From a virus (lineage: Duplodnaviria; Caudoviricetes), in IMG/VR virus record IMGVR_UViG_3300020151_000849, positions 1 to 24,897 of that record: DNA of 24,897 nucleotides. The stretch is one strand, 5' to 3'. The notes under the pieces were generated by a model. The model saw only the letters and a program-made list of their open reading frames with translations, was not told where the DNA came from and made no database searches. Positions 1 to 9,200 of the stretch are shown here, piece after piece (the stretch's first letter is position 1; each line of letters begins with the position of its first letter). Position numbers and translations under genes: made by a program.

Positions 1-630
1 AATACCTTGTCCAGGGAATGCTGCGATTGGGTTTACTTTGTTCTCATATAGAGTGTCTCTCTCTGCATGTGTTAATCTATTCAATACACTAACTGCTCCT
101 ACGATACCACCTCTATTTAAACCAGCAGGTGCGAACCATTCAGCTGCCAATCTATCGTTACTAGCGTAAACCGCTGGAAGTAATGTAGATGGTGGAACAG
201 TTGTAAGTTTGTTAGTATTTGTATCAATTGTTTTAACCCAAGGATAGTAAGTACCAACGTAGTTAGAATCCACAGAGTTAGCCTCATCAGTTGCTTGTGT
301 TATTGTATCAGCGTAATCGTTGAAATCAGCGATGTAGAATGAATCTTGTCTTTCTTCAACCATATCAATTACTCTAGTAACGATAGCTGGGTGTAATCTT
401 CTTACAATACCAGGAGTTACTACCATATTGATGTCATACTCATCAGGATTAGATACTGCTGCGATTGCTTTAGTATATGCTACTGAACCAGATGATGTTG
501 ATGTAGAACAATTAAATCCTTGCGTATTTCCAGCACCCCATCCAGCATCACCAGCTTTTAATATTGGTGTTACAGGATTAGTACCATCAAATCCCTGTTG
601 GAATCCTAATACGAATTGTCTTTTAACCAT
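1..630 (-). CDS. Tail sheath protein, C-terminal part (partial, runs off window edge; not in the ORF track)
   Basis: Manual translation of minus strand 630->1 is open for 210 codons: MVKRQFVLGFQQGFDG...DEYDINMVVTPG...YVGTYYPWVKTID...VPPS...AEWFAPAGLNRG...ERDTLYENKVNPIAAFPGQGI. YYPW, VPPS, WFAPAG.NRG and LY...VNPI are hallmark sheath C-terminal motifs. Confidence 0.92.
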   Translation of the reverse strand, partial: MVKRQFVLGFQQGFDGTNPVTPILKAGDAGWGAGNTQGFNCSTSTSSGSVAYTKAIAAVSNPDEYDINMVVTPGIVRRLHPAIVTRVIDMVEERQDSFYIADFNDYADTITQATDEANSVDSNYVGTYYPWVKTIDTNTNKLTTVPPSTLLPAVYASNDRLAAEWFAPAGLNRGGIVGAVSVLNRLTHAERDTLYENKVNPIAAFPGQGI

Positions 631-1967
631 ATCACAGAAACTGAACCAGTCATTTGATAAGTTAATCCATTTGCATCAAATGCAAACGATACGTTAGAAC
701 CAGTCTCAGCGTTTGTTGGGATTGGTTTCATATAATTTGCATTATCTAACTTAATTCCAGTTGTTTCAAAATCAAATCCACTAAAATATATTGGAGATGA
801 TGATGTATTACCAGTAGAATTAGTTTGGTATATTGCTGCAGGTACTTTTAATGCTTGTGCATTATTAGTTGCTTTGATTGGGTTAGTATATGCTCCATGT
901 CCGAATGGTGCTGCTGATATTGGGAATGAACCTGCATCAGAAACTACAACTCTTACGTGTTGTGATTTATTTGAGTAATCACCAAATTCAGTCATTTTAC
1001 CATCCAAACCAATTGTGAAATATCTATCACCAATTCTTCTAGCGATATAGTTAGGAGAAGCAGGGTCTAAGTTTACATTGTTAAATGTTTCAACAACACT
1101 CTTTCTCTTATCAGTATCACCGAATGAACGAATTGTTACAGTGAATACAGAATAATCAGTTGAACCATCTTCACCAGCTGCCTTTACATTAGAAATACCA
1201 ATTTTAAATTTAGTATTATATAATGTACCATGTCCTAAAGTTACAAACTTAAATAAATTATATCTTTCACCACTAATCAATTGAGATTGTACCATTGGTG
1301 TTTCAGCAGCTTGTGCATCAAATGCGTAATCTTGCTGTGGAAGTGCGGTTGCACTTACAACAGTACCACCCCACTCACCAGCTGCTGCGTTTGAGTACGA
1401 TGCAGATGCTAAGTTTTCAAAGTATGTATATGTGTATGCTTTTTTAGAACCAAATGGAGAAGTACCAAAAACATCAGAAAGGTCATTTGCATCTTTTGGT
1501 AAAATTGATGCAGATACCCAACCAAAATCAGAGCCTGAAATTAAGAATGAACCAGAGTATGCTGCTCTTGGGTCAGATACCAAAGATACTGCTTTAGCAA
1601 CATTTTGATTTCCAGTTTTAGTTGAATGTAGTACACCAATTAGTTTTTCACCAACAAGACCACCAGATGCAAAAATACCGATAGGTGCTGCTTCTTGATA
1701 ACCACCAACACCACCAACTCTTACGATGGTAGCTACGCCAGCTTCTCTTAAATAGTTTTGTACTGCATATTCAGTATAATAAGTTCCATCAGGAGTTCCG
1801 AAAATACTTTCGAATTCTGATTGCGTTCTAACAATAGTTGGAACAAATACAGGTCCTTGCTTAAAAGGTCCGATAAATGCTGCTCCAATTTCACCAATTC
1901 CTTGTGCTAAGAAGGATAGGTCATTTTCTCTTGTGAATACGCCAGGTGATACGATTCTTTCTGCCAT
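606..1967 (-). CDS. Contractile tail sheath protein, N-terminal part (T4 gp18-like family); frameshifted near 633 and continued in the -1 frame
   Basis: The N-terminus MAERIVSPGVFTRENDLS...AAFIGPFKQGP...EFESIFG is the typical tail sheath start (SPGV.x.E.D motif). VETFNNVNLDPASPNYIARRIG matches the sheath middle region. The last ~10 residues (VIWLKDNSY*) look out of frame. Confidence 0.92.
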   Translation of the reverse strand: MAERIVSPGVFTRENDLSFLAQGIGEIGAAFIGPFKQGPVFVPTIVRTQSEFESIFGTPDGTYYTEYAVQNYLREAGVATIVRVGGVGGYQEAAPIGIFASGGLVGEKLIGVLHSTKTGNQNVAKAVSLVSDPRAAYSGSFLISGSDFGWVSASILPKDANDLSDVFGTSPFGSKKAYTYTYFENLASASYSNAAAGEWGGTVVSATALPQQDYAFDAQAAETPMVQSQLISGERYNLFKFVTLGHGTLYNTKFKIGISNVKAAGEDGSTDYSVFTVTIRSFGDTDKRKSVVETFNNVNLDPASPNYIARRIGDRYFTIGLDGKMTEFGDYSNKSQHVRVVVSDAGSFPISAAPFGHGAYTNPIKATNNAQALKVPAAIYQTNSTGNTSSSPIYFSGFDFETTGIKLDNANYMKPIPTNAETGSNVSFAFDANGLTYQMTGSVSVIWLKDNSY

Positions 1968-2020
1968 TTTATTTCTACAATTTGTATTTTAAGTTTGTAT
2001 TTGCTAGTATGAAATACACA

Positions 2021-2029
2021 TATAAATAT
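2021..2029 (-). promoter_or_regulatory. ATATTTATA motif (putative late promoter), 53 nt upstream of the sheath ATG
   Basis: Identical 9-mer found in all five intergenic gaps of 38 nt or more; the function is inferred. Confidence 0.55.
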
Positions 2030-2070
2030 AAAGAAAATATCCAAAACACAATATAATGCTTTGGATATTT
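2030..2070 (-). terminator. Probable rho-independent terminator after the 128-aa gene
   Basis: Minus-strand RNA AAAUAUCCAAAGCA-UUAUAUUG-UGUUUUGGAUAUUU forms a 14-bp stem with one G.U pair and runs into UUUUCUUU. It lies 22 nt after the TAA at 2093. Confidence 0.65.
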
Positions 2071-2092
2071 AAACTACATTATTTTTTAATCA

Positions 2093-2479
2093 TTATGGTA
2101 CTAATGAACCCGAATTAGAACCAGAAACAGGTGACCAAGGTAAATCAATTTCATTTACATCTTGAACAACTCCTTTAGTAGCTTCGATAGCTTTTTCAAT
2201 TCTTTCACTAATATGAGGCCAATAGTTTGAAGGACCTGAACCGCTTACGTGATTTTTAATCCAACCCAATACCGTATCTTCAGTTAAAGATGAATAATCC
2301 ACAAAGTTTTCTGGGTTTATTGAGTTTACAGAGAATGGAGTTGCTCCAACAAAAGTTCCAGTTACTCCATCACTATCTGTTCCTGTACATTCCCATCTTG
2401 TACCTATGATAACATTTTCCAAATCACCACTATTTGATTTTTTTAATGATGTTATTTTCCAAGTATAATTAATTGCCAT
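2093..2479 (-). CDS. Conserved phage tail-fibre-associated hypothetical protein (128 aa)
   Basis: Pattern YTWKITSL...W...G.D..G...F..Y..LTE..VLGWIK...LPW is common in small genes beside phage fibres. TAA stop, A-rich leader. Confidence 0.75.
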   Translation of the reverse strand: MAINYTWKITSLKKSNSGDLENVIIGTRWECTGTDSDGVTGTFVGATPFSVNSINPENFVDYSSLTEDTVLGWIKNHVSGSGPSNYWPHISERIEKAIEATKGVVQDVNEIDLPWSPVSGSNSGSLVP

Positions 2480-2495
2480 TTTCTTATTATTTTAG

Positions 2496-2504
2496 TATAA
2501 ATAT
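2496..2504 (-). promoter_or_regulatory. ATATTTATA motif, 16 nt upstream of the 128-aa gene
   Basis: Exact copy of the recurrent intergenic 9-mer. Confidence 0.5.
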
Positions 2505-2517
2505 CTTATTTTATAAA

Positions 2518-2805
2518 TTAACCGATTTGATGTTGTATAAATGTAAAATCAAAATCTTCACACAACTTTTCTGCTAAATAGAAATTACTACCCGTCCATG
2601 CATTTAATACATTTTGAGGAACTTTCCATTCACCGCTAGTTATTAAAGTATCCGGAATTGCTACAGATTCTCTATTAGGGTCTCTGTATCTTAATTCGTA
2701 TCTAATTACACAATCATCATCTTCTAAATTATATCTTAATAAATTAGTAAAAACAGTATTAACTGTCTTTCCAAATAAATTTTTATCTTCTATGCTTGTT
2801 ATCAT
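2518..2805 (-). CDS. Hypothetical phage protein (95 aa), fibre-associated by context
   Basis: Tightly packed minus-strand ORF, leader AAATAAAATAAA-ATG, TAA stop; no family recognised. Confidence 0.7.
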   Translation of the reverse strand: MITSIEDKNLFGKTVNTVFTNLLRYNLEDDDCVIRYELRYRDPNRESVAIPDTLITSGEWKVPQNVLNAWTGSNFYLAEKLCEDFDFTFIQHQIG

Positions 2806-2815
2806 TTTATTTTAT

Positions 2816-3241
2816 TTATACGTCTTGTAGTACTGTTGCTGATTGTATAACATTTCTTTCCATTAAGTCAGATGCTATCTTTGCTTTTAAAAGAGGATAT
2901 GCCTGTGCAAATATATTATCCCCTTCCAATGGAGTAAAATCAGGAACTTTCTTTTCGTAAACCCTTCCATCAATTACTTCTTCTTCAACCCTATACATAG
3001 GTAAAGAATGCCAATGTGGAATTGCATCTACTTTAGCAAGAAATCTTTCGTTAATAGGTGCTCCCATACGATTTGAAATATTTGTTTCTAAAAGTCTTGC
3101 ACTTTCCTCATCTTTAAAAACGTTCACATATAATTCTAATGCACCTTTGTTTCTATCTACCACATAACGATAAATTCTAACATAAGCTCCATCAGTTATA
3201 CCTTGTGATGTTCCTATTTGTGCTGCTATTTTAATTGCCAT
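2816..3241 (-). CDS. Hypothetical phage protein (141 aa), fibre-associated by context
   Basis: Directly downstream of the S74-bearing fibre. The pattern G....AYVRI...N.FAQAY..LK...QDV resembles small proteins that commonly follow phage fibres. Confidence 0.72.
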   Translation of the reverse strand: MAIKIAAQIGTSQGITDGAYVRIYRYVVDRNKGALELYVNVFKDEESARLLETNISNRMGAPINERFLAKVDAIPHWHSLPMYRVEEEVIDGRVYEKKVPDFTPLEGDNIFAQAYPLLKAKIASDLMERNVIQSATVLQDV

Positions 3242-3262
3242 AGTTCTTTCCTTTTATATATA

Positions 3263-3271
3263 TATAAATAT
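3263..3271 (-). promoter_or_regulatory. ATATTTATA motif, 21 nt upstream of the 141-aa gene
   Basis: Exact copy of the recurrent intergenic 9-mer, embedded in a (TA)n run. Confidence 0.45.
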
Positions 3272-3279
3272 ATGAGTTT

Positions 3280-6200
3280 TTACTCAAACCCTAATTTTTG
3301 TCTTAAATTTTTTATTTCAGCCTTAGCTTCATCTAATTCACCTTTTAATTCTTTGATAGCTTCTAATAACAATGCTGGAATACCTCTATCTCTAATTGCC
3401 AAATAACCATCTTCACCAGGTCTAACCAAATCAGGCACTACATCTTCAACTTCCTGAGCTATAAATCCTATATCGTGTCTCAATCCAGTAGTTTCATATT
3501 CATCAGTGCCTTCTCTCCAATCAAATTCAACACCTCTCATTTTCATTACTTTTTCTAATGAATTTTCTAAAGGTTTTAAATTTTCTTTTAATCTTCTATC
3601 CGATGGAGAACCATAAGCAATAATGTTATTTGATGCAATTATTACACCATCATATCTTAAGTTGATGTTTGGACCACCACCTCTATTTCCAGAGTGAATT
3701 CTTAAACCATAAGATGCTCTTAATGCTAAGTAACCATCATTCAAGTCACAAAGGTCACCATCATCAGATACCCAAACACCACCACCTCCGTAGTTATCGA
3801 AGTTTGAACGTAATACATAAGGAGTACCCAATGTATCATCATTCAAATAGTATCTCTGCCATCTAGAAGACCAACCACCCCATCTTATAAGGTTATCACC
3901 ATCCAAACCTAAGTTAATAGCGTAGTATCCACTCTTATGGAATGACATGAACGCACCATTGTTACCAGTAGAGTATGGTTGACACATTGCCGAATCGGTT
4001 TGTGTTGCATAGTATCCTCTATTGTATAAGAAGTATAGTCTTGATGTTGTTGTAAAATCATAAGTAGGTAAACAGTATTCCGCTCTATTGTTAGAGTCGA
4101 TTTGTGCTTTCCAACCAGTATTACCAGACCAAGAGTTTCTGAACCATAATCTATCAACAGGTCCACCAACTAACTGCCATCCATATCCACTATTGTATGA
4201 GTTTACATAGTGATATGATTGAACACCCACCCAGTGAGATGTACCAGGAGGTTGGTTAGCAGGGTTTGACCAAGTATCAATATCACCACTACCCCAATCC
4301 ATTACCCAGTTGAAGTCCGTAGTACCCCAACCCATATTACCTGTCCAATAGTTTCTATCTCCAGTAATATCTTGTGGTCTTCTCCAGTTTGATTTACCTG
4401 TAATTGAAATGTTACCCTTACCTCTATCTTCTAATCCCAACCATTGAGAACGAGCATTCGGGTCCATATAGTACCCCGTATCATTTCTATCATAGTAAAT
4501 GTATGCTCTTGCATCATTCATATATGTAATACGATACAACTCCATGTGAGCGTTACCATATTCAATACGAATTTGCCAGTTACCAGATGAGTTCAACATA
4601 CCAAATCCACTACCATCCCAATATCCAGAGTATCCTCTTAAATCAGATTCGTAGTTGTTGTACATTACAACTCCACCATATCCATATCCACCACCAGCTG
4701 ATTTCCAGTATCCATTATTAGAATACCAGTGCATTCCAGTTGATTGGTGATATAAACCTTGTCCGGAGTTGTTATTTCTAAACCATCCGTTTGAATAAAT
4801 GTTACCAAATGTAGGATTACCATCCGTTCTTACTGATTGGTTGATATGGCTGGACATCCAACCTAAGTATCCTAGCCAAAGGTCACCACTTCTATTAATA
4901 TATGCTCTTTCCGCACCACTATCAGTTCTGAATATAAAGTATCCAGAAGATTGGTTTTGGAAATACATGTGCGAACTATGCCATTGAATCTTATTATATT
5001 CACCTTGCCACCCACCATGGTCGGAATACAACATATATCCTGCATTGATGTAGATGTTATTAGCGTTTACAAAATTTAATCGGTTTGTACCATTCGGGTC
5101 TAATCTATATCCGGTATCATTTGTATCATACCAAATAGTTGCGTACATATCACCACCACTACCAAAGTAAGTGTTACCCCACCATAAGTTATGCATTATT
5201 ACATGATACCCATTACCATATAATTCATTTACGTTAAAGTAGAAGTTTGAACGGTCAGTATAAATGTGAGCATGTGATGTGTTTGCAGGTCCAAATTCAA
5301 TATATCCATAAGGAGTTTGATGTCTCCATCCCCAAGAACCTCCTCTAAAGTAGTACGAGCCATCACCATAATCGATTTCTGCTAATCGAGAACGTCCGTT
5401 TGGATTTGCAAAATATCCGGTATTATTTAAGTCATAGAAAATAGGTGCTCTTACATCTCCTTGTACTGATAATTCGGCACTACTATTAAGAGCCATAATT
5501 TCAGTACCATATCTCTGCCATCTGAATATAGGATTTCTATATCCTTGTGATAAACCATCTACAGTTTGGCAGTTAAAATCAATATATCCACCCCATAGTG
5601 CAATACCATCGTTATAATCATTATTTAAACGGAATCTTAATTGAGATGCCTCACCCCCATCAATACCAGTATAGTAAGTAATTGCTGCTCCATCGGATGG
5701 TGTATTGTAGTTTGATAAGAATTCAATACTTGCATATCCAGACGGAGTTGCTGATGTTGCTTCTAATATAATATTTGCAAGTGATTCCGAATAAGAACCT
5801 CTACCTGTACCTAATGTTGGATAAAATCTAGTACCATTAAGTCTACTTTCTCCATTAGGGTCTACATATCTAGCACTATTATTTGCATCATAGAATATAG
5901 TACCATATACAGGATACCCACTATAAACATAAGAACTATAAATTTCAAAAGATGTAGTACCATTATTGTTTATACTACCACCCATATTGAAATGTAAACC
6001 AGCAGTTGAACCATTTACTCTAAAGTTTGCCCAGTTACTACTATCCAATGGTGAAATCCAAATCATTTTGGTATTATCATTATTTTGGATTTGTAATGCG
6101 GATGTCCAAGCTCCAGGGTATGAACCATAGTTGTATTCACCAAAACCATCTTGCTTAATAGTAAGTGCTCTGGTTGCCGATGAAGTCCCCGTTGTATTAA

Positions 6201-9200
6201 CTTTTAGATAACGTATGTTTGTAGTAGCATTTGGGTCTACATAGTATCCAGTATCATTATAATCATACATTATTGGAGAACGCATCTGATTGTATGCGTA
6301 AAAAATACCACTACTGAATTCTCCCCAATTTGTATAGGCACCATTACCAAAATAGATTACACTACCATCATAATAGTTTATATAAGTAGCATATCCATTA
6401 CCAGAATCTAAGTGTAAGTTACCATTTGTAGTTGCTACTGATGCGAATGATGAATCAACATATCCATTTCTACCATCACCACCCACAAGAAGATATGCTC
6501 CCCAAGTTGGATTAGGTCCGAATAATGCCCCACCTCTCATTCTCAATGCTGACATTGATGTTGAGTTAGGGTCTATGTAGTATCCACTATCATTAGAATC
6601 GTAAAATATTGCACCATATACTCTATTATCAAAATATGCAATAGAGTTTCCACTTTCTCTACCTATGTAAGCAAATTGGTTATTACCAGTGGTATTATCC
6701 ATAAATCTCACATAGGAGTTGTTATTATTATCGTTTGAGTCAACTCTTAATACAATATCATTAAATGAGTTGATTGACATTGAATCTGAAAAACTACCAT
6801 TCAAGTCCGTTGATGCTATACCATGATTTGTATATGAATCATAGCTTGCGTTCCAGTCAAATGAGAAATATGCAATTCTACTAATATATGCACTATATGT
6901 ACCATAAGGTGCCCATATTGAATATTCAGAACCAACTCTAAATGAACCTTGTGCTCTTACATAAGCATCAACATAAACATTTTTACTACCTCTAGAACGA
7001 ATCCAAGTACCATCAACCATATACCAGCCACCACCCCAGCCAAATCCTAATTCTTCATCTTTTAAGAATGATGATGTACCTCTACCAAATACAATAGCAT
7101 CGTTATTACCAAGTAATTGAATAGAACCATTTACAAATACTCTATTGTTTGTAAACGAACCAACACTTGCTGAGTTATCGGATGTAGTATATGAAAAGTC
7201 ATAAGTTCCGATTCCTAAAAGACCGTTACTTCTTAAAAACATTAACGGAGATGTAACACCATTTAAATTATTTGATGATGTACCCCACCAAAAACCACTA
7301 CCAGCATCAGAGGATGAATAGTCTGTGATTGAAAAGTGTATTGATTCGCCAAATGTGTTTGCGGCAGCTCCAGTGTATTCTTTAAATCCAATAAATCCAT
7401 TTCTACCATTATCAGTAAACAACAAACCTTGCATAATTCCAGAGGATGCGGATGATGCTCTGAATTCTATATATTGATTTCCAGATGATTCAATTTGTAA
7501 TAATGAATTACCATCGTAGGATGTTGCTCCACTAGCAGTTCCACTATAAAGCTGTAATTTATTAAAGATAGAAGTTGATGCAAAATTACCATAAAAAGAT
7601 GTATTATCACTATCATAGAATATAGGTGCTCTCATATCAACACTAGCGATAACATTACCACTACTATTAATAACTAAAGACCAGCTAGAACCATATCCAT
7701 CATTATCAAAACGGAATGAACGAGCATCAACAAAATAGTCTCCACTACTTACAATTGTTCTCGAACCCCAACTTCCAACCGAACCGGCTGTTCCACCCTG
7801 ATAAATGTATCCGCTTACATGAATATCTCCATTTGCACTTAATCGAGTATCAGGAGTTACACCACCCAATCCTATTTGACTAAATCTTACAATATCAGTT
7901 GTACGAACATTTTGGTCCATATTAGCTGCGAAAGCGTATGATGTAGTATCCATTATACGTTTCCAAGCTCCCCATGTAGTTGATGAGCCATATCTCAACC
8001 ACATATTACCATTATCGGTAAATCCTAATTCGTTTGCACCACCACCAGACCAATCGGATGTACTACCATATTTTCTGAAATACATTACACCATTGTAAGT
8101 ACCACCATCACTTAAACCATTTGTTGAGTTTTGTTTGAAATCAAATCTCACACCCTGATTTGCATTCATAGTTTGTGGTGTGGTTACTGCTGCTCTTGTA
8201 TCCTGAACGTTTATATAAGTTGCCGTTGTTGAGGTAGTTGCGTTACCTATTAAGTTTGCGGTTACCTGATTGAATGTTACGTTATCAGTTGTTCTAACGT
8301 TTTGGTTCATTAGATAAACTTCAGTTGCACCCTGCCCAGTATCGATTGTACCACTTATTACAATATTACCAGCACTTACCGAAAGGTTACCACCAGTAAC
8401 ATTTACACCATTTGTTGCTGTAATTGTAGCATGGGTTACGTTATCGGTTGTACGAACATTTTGATTCATTAAATAAACTTCCGTTGCTCCTTGTCCCGTA
8501 TCAATTGTTCCACTAAGAACTACGTTACCAGCTACTTCTAATGTGTTATCAGCATACCATCTATCAGTTGCTTCATTCCAATAGAATGAAACAGTTGATG
8601 ATGAACCCCTTCTAACTTCAATACCAGCATTTTCAGTTGGTGCACCAGATGCAAAATCTGCATTTAATGTGATGATGTTATCACCTACATTTAAAGTTGT
8701 TGTATTAATATATGTTGTTGTACCACTTACAGTAAGGTCACCACTAATTGTAGCGTTACCAGTCACTGCTAATGTAGTACCATCGAATCTTAAATTTGCC
8801 TCAACGGTTGCGTTTGGTGCAGTTCCATCTAATGTGATTACACCATTATTAGTTGTACCAGTTAATGATAATAGTCCAGATGTACCTCCACTACCAGAAG
8901 AACCAGCTGAACCTGATGTTCCACCACTTCCGCTTGTGCCAGATGTACCTCCACTACCCGCAGAACCAGAAGTTCCAGATGAACCACCACTTCCAGCCGA
9001 ACCGCTTGTGCCAGAAGTTCCACCACTTCCAGAAGTACCTCTTGTACCAGAAGTTCCACCACTACCAGACGTACCAGCTGAACCTGAAGTTCCAGACGAA
9101 CCACCACTTCCAGAAGTACCTGTTGTTCCAGACGAACCACCACTTCCAGAAGTTCCTGCTGAACCGGATGTACCAGCTGAACCAGAAGTTCCTGTTGTTC

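Noticed and set aside
606-608. TAG readthrough or stop-codon reassignment in the sheath gene
   Set aside because: Reading through TAG in the same frame hits TAA 13 codons later and gives no sheath motifs; the continuation is in the -1 frame. The 8-kb and 10-kb ORFs are intact under the standard code.
428-697. Plus-strand 89-aa ORF and other short plus-strand ORFs (3218, 3669, 4799, 11264, 11691, 12826, 18135-24838)
   Set aside because: Antisense to well-supported structural genes, with no recognisable motifs.
2813-2820. TATAAATA on the coding strand (T4-orientation late promoter) just before the 95-aa gene
   Set aside because: Single occurrence overlapping the upstream stop codon, only 7 nt from the ATG and in an A-rich leader; probably coincidental.
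3280-8000. Diversity-generating retroelement target or invertible shufflon at the fibre tip
   Set aside because: No reverse transcriptase, no template/variable repeat pair differing at adenines, and no recombinase or inverted crossover sites seen in this window.
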